This document shows, piece after piece, positions 11,080 through 20,526 of a DNA stretch of 64,000 nt; position 1 is the first letter of the stretch, and each line of letters begins with the position of its first letter. The stretch spans positions 1 through 64,000 of the IMG/VR virus record IMGVR_UViG_3300032225_001437; one strand, given 5' to 3'. The notes under the pieces were generated by a model that was given only the letters and a program-made list of their open reading frames with translations, made no database searches and was not told the origin of the DNA. The translations under genes were made by a program, and so were the position numbers. The DNA comes from a virus (Duplodnaviria; Caudoviricetes).

Positions 11080-12098
11080 AGATAAGTTTCTAATCCGCCG
11101 CGGCGTCGTAGATCTTGTGTGCAACAACTGATACCACCGTCCCAGAAATAACTGTGTCGTAGTTCGCTTATGATAGGATTAATTCTGTGTTTTTTGCAAA
11201 AATCAAATACATTTTTATTGTATGCAGAGAAGATAACATTTTCTTCGTCTAGCACCAAGCAGTTGACATCAAACACTGTTTCGGCCACAAAGCCAGTCCA
11301 TTTATTAAGATACGTATCTACAAAGTTAGTAAACTCTGCGGTAGGTGTTTGCCCTTGCACATACCATGCGCCTGGATTTTTTTCGTATTTAAATTTGCCC
11401 ACTTCCATAGCAGCCCAGATACTCGAGTCCCAGACCTTGCATACTTCCCAACCTGGAAAGTCTTTGGCCAAGTGTAAATGCATATCATGTTTGCTACTTA
11501 ATATAACACCTGGCTTGAGAATAGCAAATACCGCATCTCCGTGCCCGTCTGTGATAGCTTCGTGTATGCGATACTCGGGCCCTAGAACATTATCTACTAT
11601 CCAGCGTGTTTGCTCGGGCTTTAAGTAATCACTATTGTCAAAAAATACATCACGTCCTACACGCACAATACACGAAGCACTGGCACCGTTAAGTATGCAA
11701 TTTTCATCATATCCGGTTGGTCCATGCGGGTTGACCACTTGATCTCCAAACTCGTTGCAAATATCATCCAATTCGGTAATGGGCAATACACGCAATAGTT
11801 TATCACCAAGACTAATTTGCCAATCTCTTGGAGTCAGTGGTGGAAGCGGAACTCCGTAGTCACTGGTTTGTCTCCATTGAAAACTTTCTTTGCCGCACAG
11901 TGTGGGTCTATGCACCCGGGCCCCATATGTTTCAATTGTTTTTTGAAGGTTATTGAGATCTTCTTCTGTCTCGGCCAAGATTTGTTGCAATTGATTACGC
12001 ACTTGTGCATTATCAATAAAGTCAAAGTAGTCAGGTGGATAGGCTTGCCCTACTATAACTTCTTCTAAGGGTTGCCAACTGGTATAACTGCTGATCAT
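11076..12098 (-). CDS. Amidinotransferase (glycine/inosamine-phosphate amidinotransferase family)
   Basis: WQPLEEVIVG, PRD, GHGD, FDVN, DGGISCCT catalytic motifs. Confidence 0.85.
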   Translation of the reverse strand: MISSYTSWQPLEEVIVGQAYPPDYFDFIDNAQVRNQLQQILAETEEDLNNLQKTIETYGARVHRPTLCGKESFQWRQTSDYGVPLPPLTPRDWQISLGDKLLRVLPITELDDICNEFGDQVVNPHGPTGYDENCILNGASASCIVRVGRDVFFDNSDYLKPEQTRWIVDNVLGPEYRIHEAITDGHGDAVFAILKPGVILSSKHDMHLHLAKDFPGWEVCKVWDSSIWAAMEVGKFKYEKNPGAWYVQGQTPTAEFTNFVDTYLNKWTGFVAETVFDVNCLVLDEENVIFSAYNKNVFDFCKKHRINPIISELRHSYFWDGGISCCTQDLRRRGGLETYL

Positions 12099-13225
12099 TG
12101 CGGTCCTTTTTGATTGTTAAATTTTGTTAACATTTGATTTAATTCTGTCCAAAGTAGATCACTGAATGCACCGCGATAAAAATGGCGATAATTATGCTCA
12201 ACTCGGGATAAACAAGCACGATGTATTTGTTGTCTTTCTGCTGCAGATAAATTATTTAAGTCTTTTAATAACTGGGTGACTTTTTCGATGCGAGCAATAT
12301 CGTCAGTCTCTTCGTCGTAACTTTCATCAAATATACCTGCAAAAGTTTGAAAACCGTATTCACGCAGGTAGGCCAAACTGCCAGCGGGCGCAACCAACAC
12401 AAATGGCATTTCTAATGCTATGGCTTTAAATGTCTTTTCAGTTATGTGAGTTCTGCGCCCAAAATAAACAGTTTCGGTTGGAACATATACCAGGCTATCT
12501 GCTGCTTCTGCAAAATTTCCCAATTGATAACTGTGCATTTCCTGAGATTCTTCGCCGGCAAATAATCTAGGAAGATCAGCCTGTTCAAACACATTGGCAA
12601 TGTCTTGGTATACATGAGTATATTTTTGTGCTATACTAGTTATATCTACACCTTCATATTGACAAGTTCTAGGTGCGCTAATATGATTGTGCTCTAACCC
12701 TTGTTTAAAGACGTTGTATAAAAATAACACACGATGATCACGTTTGCCACCTACAATACGATTGGGACTCATAAAGGTTCGAGTCGGATTGCGGTCTTGA
12801 GCTCTAGGAATTAAAAATGACCGATCGTAACCGCGGAACCAGTCCAAACAGGCCCAGCCATGATAAAAGTAATAGTGTGGCGTCCACCCGTATTGTTGGC
12901 AAAGTTGTTCAACATATTCACCTCGCTCTGAAACTACTACATGTCCAATTGGACTGGGCAACACTGGTTCGCCTTTGTGCCGCCACAGATCTAGATTCCG
13001 ATCATTTACTTCATCAAACAATGGCTCAAACATATCTAAATGCACAGGTTCTTGATCGTGCATGAACACATAATTGTTTTCTGCAATGACATCACTGCCT
13101 AAGTTAAATAAAGCATCTGGGCTAGTATCGCCTGGCGGATCACAAAAAAACAGTCTAGTTCCTGGCCTGTTGTCTCTAAACCAAGGCCAAAATGTATGGT
13201 TGTAAATCTCATCTATTCTAATCAT
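12095..13225 (-). CDS. Hypothetical protein, glycosyltransferase-like C-terminus
   Basis: ETVYF..ITEKTFKAI..PF..YLREYGF motif resembling GT10/GT-B-like proteins. Confidence 0.5.
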   Translation of the reverse strand: MIRIDEIYNHTFWPWFRDNRPGTRLFFCDPPGDTSPDALFNLGSDVIAENNYVFMHDQEPVHLDMFEPLFDEVNDRNLDLWRHKGEPVLPSPIGHVVVSERGEYVEQLCQQYGWTPHYYFYHGWACLDWFRGYDRSFLIPRAQDRNPTRTFMSPNRIVGGKRDHRVLFLYNVFKQGLEHNHISAPRTCQYEGVDITSIAQKYTHVYQDIANVFEQADLPRLFAGEESQEMHSYQLGNFAEAADSLVYVPTETVYFGRRTHITEKTFKAIALEMPFVLVAPAGSLAYLREYGFQTFAGIFDESYDEETDDIARIEKVTQLLKDLNNLSAAERQQIHRACLSRVEHNYRHFYRGAFSDLLWTELNQMLTKFNNQKGPQ

Positions 13226-15026
13226 GTTTGACGTATTTTATTCTGGAACAAAACCTAATCGATTTGCTCACGAGCAACGGGCGGATAATATTGATCATGC
13301 TAGGGAGTTAAGTCGTACTAGATACTTCTGGTGGATCAATTATTTAACTGACTACGCAGGGTTTGATTTTTTATATGAGCCGGTACCTTGGCAAAGCCAT
13401 CAACGTCATGCGTGGCCTAGTCAATGGCAAAAGGATGCAGAAACTTATTTGGTACCCAAGTCTGGTTACTCGGAAACCAATTATAAAACTAATTATATAC
13501 TAACACGTCAACAGGATAGATCTAATTGGACAATACCCGATACCTTTGATGCAGACACGTTTGACTTTAGCTGGCACCCTGACGTGACTGAACCAGGTTA
13601 CATATATCAATTTGGCACACAGCATCAACGCACCGGCGGTCCACAATATCGTGTTGCTGGTGCCACTGATTTAAAGTTTTGCGATCAAGTGCGTGGCAGT
13701 GTCAAGTTGGGTGCAACTCCAATTGTTGAAATTAATCACATGGATGGTAACGCTGGAAAGGTAGCCGGAGTAGTCTCTACCGTGCGTTACTTTGACAACT
13801 ATAAAGATATCCTAACTAGAATCGCCAACACAAGTGAGCACGAGTATATCTGGATCGTTAGTAGCTGTTGCGACTATACCAACTTTGACTTCAGTTGGCA
13901 TCCAGAATTATGGCAAAATACCATGTTACATGTATTTGCCAGTAGCGGTGAAAAGTTTGGCGACACATTCTATATGCATGTGCCCAGTTTCAAGAGACGC
14001 ATAGGGCAATTTGAATTACTGGATTGGTATGATGTTAACTTTGTTGTACCTGGAGTGCCGCGTAGACCTTTACCAGTGATCAAACACACCCTGGATACTC
14101 ACGTAGAAGCAATTAAAACCATGGACTGGCCTGGTCCATTGGCAGTGTTTACAACAGATGAAGCAGTAGGAGAAGTGCCCACTGTTCCGTTATGGCGTGA
14201 AAAGACCAAAACCGTTGTTCCTTTGAGTGCTGGCGCTAGCCAGGTCATTGTACCTAAAACAGCAGTTCCTTATATCAAACGTCAGGCCTACGACTATCCT
14301 TATATAGATCGTACACAGCGCCATATGTATACAGATGCTCCATTGGACATTGTGTTTATTGACAACGGTGAGCCCAACGCAGAACAAAATTGGGCATTCT
14401 TAAACATAACAACTGCAAACAACAACAATCGCATACATCGCAGTAGCGGAGTTAATGGTCGTGTTGCTGCCTATCAAGCTGCCGCTAGGTTAAGCACTAC
14501 ACCTTGGTTCTTTGCTGTATTTGCTAAACTTAAAGTTAATGGCACTTTTGATTGGTCGTGGCAACCAGACCGCTTACAAGAACCCAAGCACTATATCTTC
14601 CACGCACTCAATCTCATCAACGGATTGACATACGGTCACCAGGCCATGATTGCTTATAACAAGCAATTGGTCCTAAACAACCCGGGTGTTGGATTAGACT
14701 TTACACTGGACAGTGAACACGAAGTAGTTCCTATCTTGAGTGGTACAGCAGAATATGCACATACACCTTGGATGGCTTGGCGCACAGCATTCCGTGAATG
14801 TATTAAATTACGAGGCAATACCGATGTTGAAAGCGAATATAGACTCAATCGTTGGTGTGCCAATGGTGAAGGAGCAAATGCTCAATGGAGCAGTTTAGGC
14901 GCACAAGATGCTGTGGAATACTACGAAGAGGTTGGCGGAGATTTTGACGAGCTACGAAAGAGCTACGACTGGGCCTGGTTGGCTAGCTATGCTTTGCTGA
15001 AGCGCAATCTAACACAGCATCAATAA
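13224..15026 (+). CDS. Hypothetical protein with repeated FD(F/W)SWxP modules, possibly glycosyltransferase-derived
   Basis: 600-aa ORF; FDFLYEP/FDFSWHP/FDFSWHP/FDWSWQP repeats. Confidence 0.6.
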   Translation: MFDVFYSGTKPNRFAHEQRADNIDHARELSRTRYFWWINYLTDYAGFDFLYEPVPWQSHQRHAWPSQWQKDAETYLVPKSGYSETNYKTNYILTRQQDRSNWTIPDTFDADTFDFSWHPDVTEPGYIYQFGTQHQRTGGPQYRVAGATDLKFCDQVRGSVKLGATPIVEINHMDGNAGKVAGVVSTVRYFDNYKDILTRIANTSEHEYIWIVSSCCDYTNFDFSWHPELWQNTMLHVFASSGEKFGDTFYMHVPSFKRRIGQFELLDWYDVNFVVPGVPRRPLPVIKHTLDTHVEAIKTMDWPGPLAVFTTDEAVGEVPTVPLWREKTKTVVPLSAGASQVIVPKTAVPYIKRQAYDYPYIDRTQRHMYTDAPLDIVFIDNGEPNAEQNWAFLNITTANNNNRIHRSSGVNGRVAAYQAAARLSTTPWFFAVFAKLKVNGTFDWSWQPDRLQEPKHYIFHALNLINGLTYGHQAMIAYNKQLVLNNPGVGLDFTLDSEHEVVPILSGTAEYAHTPWMAWRTAFRECIKLRGNTDVESEYRLNRWCANGEGANAQWSSLGAQDAVEYYEEVGGDFDELRKSYDWAWLASYALLKRNLTQHQ

Positions 15027-16068
15027 CGTATTCGACCTCTAAGTCACTGAGCTCTGGATAGATAGGCAAACTCAATACTCTACGTGCTAGGGCACTGGCC
15101 ACACTCAGGATATCTGGTCCTGAGTAATCCGCATAAGCAGGTAACTCGTGTAGGGGTTCTCGGTAATGAACTTTGGTTTCAATACCTTTAATGGCCAAGT
15201 TGCGAGCCAGCGTATCTCTACTGTCTACATCAATCACAAACTTGTGAAAACAATGCGTTTCAAAGTTGCCAGCATCGATTAAACTTCTAATGCCAGATTT
15301 GTGCAAACGTTCCATCCAGTATTTTGCAATAGTCTTGCGCCGAGCTTGCCAGGCATCTATATAGCGGGACTTGACCAGCATCTGCGCTGACTCTGTTTCA
15401 CTCATTCTACTGTTGGTGCCGATGCTGGCGTGTTTGGGTTTACCGTTGTTGGTCCATTCACGTGCAAACTCTAGTAGATCTATATCATCAGTTACAACAG
15501 CACCACCATTGCCGTAAGCGTTTAAGTTCTTCATTGGATCGAAACTTAATGCAGTGGCGTTGCCAACTCGAGTGTAATTATTGCTTAACCAATGTTGAGC
15601 ACCATCTTCGATTATCAAGTCTGTGGCCCAAAAGCGATCAGCATTGACCGCCGCACCATATAGGCCAACCAGCACAGTGGCCTGCACACTTAGGTCATGT
15701 GGTATTTTTTCTTTATCTAGCAAGCCGTGATAATCTGTATCGCCAATATACACTTTCCATCCGGCACGAATAAAAGCGTTGGCAGTGGCCACGTAGGTCA
15801 TTGCAGGTACAACCACAGTGGGTGGCACAACACTGGTTTGTAGTCTATAAAACTCAGCAATAATTTCTAATGCTTGACTACCTGAATGACAAGTTACAGC
15901 ATATTTGCTGTGATTCTTTTGAGCTAACCAGTTTTCAAATTCAGCGGTATAGTTGCCCTGCATGAGTTGTCCACTACGTAGGACCTCGTCGGTCACGTCT
16001 AGGATTTCTGTGCGTAGCGTGTTATACTGTTTTTTGAGACCAGTAAACGGAATCTTTAAGCCATTCAT
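14983..16068 (-). CDS. DegT/DnrJ/EryC1/StrS PLP sugar aminotransferase
   Basis: IIEDGAQ, SFDPMKNL (PLP Lys), GNGGAV, LSLPIYP. Confidence 0.92.
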   Translation of the reverse strand: MNGLKIPFTGLKKQYNTLRTEILDVTDEVLRSGQLMQGNYTAEFENWLAQKNHSKYAVTCHSGSQALEIIAEFYRLQTSVVPPTVVVPAMTYVATANAFIRAGWKVYIGDTDYHGLLDKEKIPHDLSVQATVLVGLYGAAVNADRFWATDLIIEDGAQHWLSNNYTRVGNATALSFDPMKNLNAYGNGGAVVTDDIDLLEFAREWTNNGKPKHASIGTNSRMSETESAQMLVKSRYIDAWQARRKTIAKYWMERLHKSGIRSLIDAGNFETHCFHKFVIDVDSRDTLARNLAIKGIETKVHYREPLHELPAYADYSGPDILSVASALARRVLSLPIYPELSDLEVEYVIDAVLDCASAKHS

Positions 16069-16990
16069 AGTATATTTGAAATCCTTCGTCTATATCAACC
16101 TTGGGGTCAAACCCTAGGTCTTGTCGTGCTGCGTTGATGTTTAATGCTCCGCGACTAGGAAAGTCTGCATCTTTGTCGCGCACTTCTATGGTTCCTTTGC
16201 CTACAATTTTAACAGCTAGCTCTGCTGCTTCTAGCAAAGTCTTTGAATGGCTCTTTGTGATGTTATATGTCTTGTTGTTAATTTTGCTCAAAGTAGCGGC
16301 TACAATTCCGTCTGCGGCATCGTCTACATAGGTAAAGTCTAGTGTTTCGTTGGCACCGTTTACTTTGATGACACCATCACGCATAGCAGTAAGAATAAAC
16401 TTACTGATAACACGATCTTCCACGTCCAATGGACCATAAACAGCACTGGGGCGAATAATAGCGTAGTCAAAAAAGCCACGGCGATGATAGTCTTTAACAA
16501 GCCATTCTCCTGCAAGTTTCATAATACCATACTGCCCTTGTGGGCGACATGGTGCATCTTCAGCAACATCATTGTCAAAGTCACCGTAGACCATACTCGA
16601 GCTAATATAAACAAATTTGCACACTTGATTATTTTTGGCGGCTTCCAGTAAATTAAGTAATCCTTCGCTCATAGTTTGACTGCCACGCTGAGGATTGACA
16701 TTGACTACTTTTTGTCGAGGAAAGCTGGCTAGATGTAGCACAGTATCTGGATTATAAGTTCGCATCAACCAATCAATACCGTCACGGTCAGCGATATCAA
16801 TTGCGTGTATACGATCTGTTTTAATTTTCTTACGACGTTCTGTTAATAGATAATCTAATTCCGCCTGTGGAACTAGTCCGTAGTTAGTCTTGATATCTGT
16901 TATATAAACATCATGTCCTTGCGCTTCAAGGCGCTGAACAATGTTGTGTCCAATAAGGCCTAAGCCTCCTGTTACTAAGATTTTTGCCAT
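16022..16990 (-). CDS. NAD-dependent epimerase/dehydratase
   Basis: TGGLGLIG, SSSMVYG, YxxxK. Confidence 0.92.
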   Translation of the reverse strand: MAKILVTGGLGLIGHNIVQRLEAQGHDVYITDIKTNYGLVPQAELDYLLTERRKKIKTDRIHAIDIADRDGIDWLMRTYNPDTVLHLASFPRQKVVNVNPQRGSQTMSEGLLNLLEAAKNNQVCKFVYISSSMVYGDFDNDVAEDAPCRPQGQYGIMKLAGEWLVKDYHRRGFFDYAIIRPSAVYGPLDVEDRVISKFILTAMRDGVIKVNGANETLDFTYVDDAADGIVAATLSKINNKTYNITKSHSKTLLEAAELAVKIVGKGTIEVRDKDADFPSRGALNINAARQDLGFDPKVDIDEGFQIYYEWLKDSVYWSQKTV

Positions 16991-17325
16991 TTTAATGCCC
17001 AATACGTTTGATCTTGCTCTCGGAGACGAGCAATGATATAATACTTGTATCCGTAAGTAGATGGATCCACGTGTCTATGCCAAAATGGTGTTTCGACTGC
17101 GTGTTCCATTACCCATTTACCCATTTCACTTTGTTGCCAATCATACATTGGCTGTGCCGCATATAAATCTGGATCTTCTACATCTCCCATATTAAACGAA
17201 TAAACTATTACGTCCGAAAGTTTAACAACCTTTTCATCAATGAGTCGATACTCAACAGGTTTAAATAATTTGTCAGCTTCGGCTGACCGATGTCTAGGAT
17301 GCAGTTGATTTATAGCATCGAACAT
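16975..17325 (-). CDS. Hypothetical protein (C-terminal xxLKW family)
   Basis: ORF tiling; ends YWALKW. Confidence 0.65.
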   Translation of the reverse strand: MFDAINQLHPRHRSAEADKLFKPVEYRLIDEKVVKLSDVIVYSFNMGDVEDPDLYAAQPMYDWQQSEMGKWVMEHAVETPFWHRHVDPSTYGYKYYIIARLREQDQTYWALKWQKS

Positions 17326-17329
17326 ACAA

Positions 17330-17803
17330 CTATTGCTTGAGAGCTTTTAATGTTTCTGCTTCAGCCACACGTTTGCGTAGACTACTGGAACTAAACGAAT
17401 GATCTCGCCCGTTAAAAATAAGTTCAATATTACGCATATAACATTCTTCTCTGCCGGTGAACTCTTTTTCTTGATACTCTACACCCAACACACGAACATC
17501 CAATGGTAAAATCAACAACAAGTCAACCAGGTCCTGTTCTGTTTGATAAACAACAACTTCGTCTACATATCGACAAGCGGCCAACTGTATTTGACGCTCT
17601 ACAATACTTTGAACAGGATGATTCTTGGTATCGGGTCGATCTATAGTAGGATCTGTTTGTAAGCCGGCGATCAAATAATCGCAATGATTCTTGGCTTCGG
17701 CCAACATGGCAATATGACCGGCATGCAACATGTCAAATGTGCTAAAGGTTATGCCAATCTTCTTACCGTCTTCTTTAAGTTTTCTAATGTGGTTGAATAT
17801 CAT
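17330..17803 (-). CDS. Cytidylyltransferase (glycerol-3-phosphate cytidylyltransferase-like)
   Basis: TFDMLHAGH (HxGH), RDHSFSSS. Confidence 0.9.
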   Translation of the reverse strand: MIFNHIRKLKEDGKKIGITFSTFDMLHAGHIAMLAEAKNHCDYLIAGLQTDPTIDRPDTKNHPVQSIVERQIQLAACRYVDEVVVYQTEQDLVDLLLILPLDVRVLGVEYQEKEFTGREECYMRNIELIFNGRDHSFSSSSLRKRVAEAETLKALKQ

Positions 17804-17808
17804 AATAT

Positions 17809-17837
17809 ATTATAACAGGTTTATTGGTTGTTTGCAA
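17809..17837 (-). promoter_or_regulatory. sigma70-type promoter
   Basis: TTGCAA-17-TATAAT, ATG 5 nt downstream of the -10. Confidence 0.65.
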
Positions 17838-17844
17838 CAAATTA

Positions 17845-18519
17845 TTAGAATTTTTTAAACATTTGAGCCAGCGGTGTTTCTGGGTCTGAAAATTTTGAAT
17901 AGTCTGTTTGGAATGTGCCAGGTGTTAGGGTTGTTTTGATTTCATTGGCCAGGATGCGTTGATTGGTGATACTCAAGTGTCCAGGTCTTAGATCTTGATA
18001 TTTACTGTAAAAATGTTCAGCCTCTTGTGCTCCAAAATAAAACTCTGCTTCACGTCGAGACAATTCAAACAAGTTAAAGTTGCATTCTAATGGATCACGA
18101 AAACACGGAATGACCATGACATTTTTACAAACATCACCAACGTAATTTACCAGTGCCTTGCCTGTGATTTTTTCGTTTTCCCAATCTAATAAATCGCTTT
18201 GCCAATAGTCAACAAACAACAACCATTGTTCTCTTATGAGTTTTGAAGGATGATTTTTAAAATCTGCACCAAACGAAAAATGCACAGGTTTATCATCCCA
18301 GTATACAGTCTGCCTTCCGCCTTGAGTCAAACACCAAATTACCAAATCGTATTTGTGATAGTTTTCTAGTATTTTTTTTGCGCTGAACATGATGCTAGAT
18401 GCAGACTCGCCAAAACAATCAACATCATGCTTGGTCGTTTGTTTCAGAATGCCCCACCAGATAGATGATTCATTTTGAGTTCGATCTGCATAGCTATCGC
18501 CAAACACACCAATTTTCAT
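17845..18519 (-). CDS. SGNH-like protein
   Basis: GVFGDSY, RPGHLS. Confidence 0.55.
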   Translation of the reverse strand: MKIGVFGDSYADRTQNESSIWWGILKQTTKHDVDCFGESASSIMFSAKKILENYHKYDLVIWCLTQGGRQTVYWDDKPVHFSFGADFKNHPSKLIREQWLLFVDYWQSDLLDWENEKITGKALVNYVGDVCKNVMVIPCFRDPLECNFNLFELSRREAEFYFGAQEAEHFYSKYQDLRPGHLSITNQRILANEIKTTLTPGTFQTDYSKFSDPETPLAQMFKKF

Positions 18520-18521
18520 GG

Positions 18522-19187
18522 TTAACTGTTGGCAACAAATTCTGTAACCATTGGAAAGATACTTTCCAATGCACGGGCACAGGCCTGGGCAACTGCTCTA
18601 TGTTCTTTTTGGGTTTCTGGTCCAGACCGTAGTTCAATATAGTGCAACCAGCTACGCAAGGTACCTTGCATATACAAGCGACTGGTAGTGATACCCTCTG
18701 GCAGAATAGCACGAGCTTGTTCTTTGGCAATGCCCAGTTCGATTGCTTTGTTATAAATCATACTGATATGAGTGCTAACAAACCCTTGTTGCGCTTGCCA
18801 CCACTTGTCTAACTCTGGATCATCTGTGGCCAAACTGTTCTGGCGATTCTTTGTATCTTGTAAGCGTGTTTCTTTGAACTCAAATCCAAGATCTGCTACA
18901 GCATAACGCTGACTAAACTCTTGAAAGCTGAAGCTGCGATGACGCAGGATCTGTCTAGCAATATCTCTGGTGGTTTCAATTTCTAAACAGGCTGACACCA
19001 TTTCCAATGGTGACCAATGCTGGTGTTTGATAAGATAACGGATCAGCTTTTCGCTGGTGTCGGTGTTGGTTTGATTGGCCGGATTGCTAACCCTAGCGCA
19101 GTAAGCAACCAATTCCTGAGCATTAGCAATGCCCTGGTTTACTAATTCTGCGCTAGGTTGGCTCGACGAAACTAGTGTGACTTTCAA
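18522..19187 (-). CDS. thyX: Flavin-dependent thymidylate synthase
   Basis: RHRSFSFQEFSQR ThyX signature, HWSPLE. Confidence 0.96.
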   Translation of the reverse strand: MKVTLVSSSQPSAELVNQGIANAQELVAYCARVSNPANQTNTDTSEKLIRYLIKHQHWSPLEMVSACLEIETTRDIARQILRHRSFSFQEFSQRYAVADLGFEFKETRLQDTKNRQNSLATDDPELDKWWQAQQGFVSTHISMIYNKAIELGIAKEQARAILPEGITTSRLYMQGTLRSWLHYIELRSGPETQKEHRAVAQACARALESIFPMVTEFVANS

Positions 19188-19486
19188 ATTTTTCCTAACA
19201 ACTTATCGGTTTCGGGTTGAACAAGATTGGCCACTGCTGTGACATCTACTACAAAATCTACATCTCGAATTTGATGGTCATTCTCGCCAAAATATCTAGT
19301 GAGCATGGTTTCAACTTCTTCTAAGTCTAGACCTTGTTTGAGTAAAGTATGAACGTTAATGGTTTTCTGCTTGCCGCCGGCCAGCTTGATTACAACTTTT
19401 TTAATGCACTCTAACGGTACATCAGTTTTGTTTACGTCGGCAAGAATCAGTTCCCATTGGCTTATGAAATCATCATTGTGTTGCAT
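19184..19486 (-). CDS. Hypothetical protein
   Basis: ORF tiling with overlaps. Confidence 0.7.
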   Translation of the reverse strand: MQHNDDFISQWELILADVNKTDVPLECIKKVVIKLAGGKQKTINVHTLLKQGLDLEEVETMLTRYFGENDHQIRDVDFVVDVTAVANLVQPETDKLLGKI

Positions 19487-20219
19487 CTGCCGTCACAGTC
19501 TTAGGCTTGTTAGGACCACGGGTGCGGCGCTTAGGTGCTTCAAAAGACTCAGTTGCAGGAGCAGTTGCTCGAGCAGTAACGGTAGGATCCATACGTTCGG
19601 CATCCTTTTTCATACGGGCTGCTTCGGCAACCATGGCACGAGCATTGACTTCCATGGCTTTGGCCTGTGCCAACATGTTGGCTGCAATGTCACGATCACT
19701 CAGTGCGCCGTCTTGACCAGCTTTGAGTGCAGGAGGTGCAACATAAGCAGGATCTGCTTTGGTAGCTTGGCCAGCTTTGTATTCGGCTTCGGCTTTGCGT
19801 TTGACTTCAGGAGCAACCATGCCACGGCTGGCATCATTCTCGGCCATTTTCTTGATGGCAGCTTCGCCTTGTTTCATTTCGTTCAACATCTTGTTGAGTT
19901 CGTCCAAACGAATCTTGGCATCGCCAGTTGGAGTTACAATAACATCACTGGTGCGTAATTTTTTAATCATACGTTCTTGATGCAGAGTTTCTAACACAGG
20001 GCGACCATCGGGCAAGAAGCTACGATGTAGTGCATCAGCCAGTTCTTCACTTTGCTGGGCCACTTCGCTTTCTAGGGCTCGTTGAATTGAGTCTTGCCAG
20101 TGCGCTGGTAGTACCTCTGGATAAATGCACAAGCACATGTGATCTTCACCTGGTACCTGACGGAACAGGATGCAGACTTTACGGTCTCCGTGTTTTCCTA
20201 CGTGTTTGATAAATGCCAT
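19473..20219 (-). CDS. Hypothetical protein with coiled-coil/basic C-terminus
   Basis: AAGGAG SD before ATG 20219. Confidence 0.75.
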   Translation of the reverse strand: MAFIKHVGKHGDRKVCILFRQVPGEDHMCLCIYPEVLPAHWQDSIQRALESEVAQQSEELADALHRSFLPDGRPVLETLHQERMIKKLRTSDVIVTPTGDAKIRLDELNKMLNEMKQGEAAIKKMAENDASRGMVAPEVKRKAEAEYKAGQATKADPAYVAPPALKAGQDGALSDRDIAANMLAQAKAMEVNARAMVAEAARMKKDAERMDPTVTARATAPATESFEAPKRRTRGPNKPKTVTADATQ

Positions 20220-20220
20220 A

Positions 20221-20430
20221 TTATTCTCCTTGAGGTGTGCCGGCATCGGCATTGTTTGCTTCTTGGGCTTTCGCCTGTTCAATTACTGCTTGTAAAAATT
20301 CTGTGAGCTTGTCATACATGGTACCCACCATACTGAGTTCTTCGCCACGGAATGCACCACGTGTGGCGGCAAGATTGATAATGTTCTTGATTGTGTCAAG
20401 ATCTGAGATTGTGATTGTGTTGTTTTCCAT
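20221..20430 (-). CDS. Hypothetical protein
   Basis: ATG 20430 just downstream of a TAAATA motif. Confidence 0.65.
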   Translation of the reverse strand: MENNTITISDLDTIKNIINLAATRGAFRGEELSMVGTMYDKLTEFLQAVIEQAKAQEANNADAGTPQGE

Positions 20431-20476
20431 GTAGATATTTACGACTAATCTATGCCGTTGATTTATTTTCTCAAAC

Positions 20477-20503
20477 AAAAACACCCCGGTTTAGGGGTGT
20501 TTT
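20477..20503 (-). terminator. Rho-independent terminator
   Basis: AAAACACCCC/GGGGTGTTTT hairpin with T tract. Confidence 0.75.
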
Positions 20504-20526
20504 GGATAAACTGATACTGACAACTG

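Noticed and set aside
11076-12098. Amidinotransferase as an archaeosine synthase for the que pathway
   Set aside because: It belongs to the Arg-dependent amidinotransferase family, not ArcS/QueF-L/Gat-QueC, and lies over 40 kb away; no supporting evidence
19359-19958. 199-aa plus-strand ORF (likewise 5673-6221, 11170-11628, 34334-34855)
   Set aside because: Antisense shadows of well-supported genes, with no SD or motifs
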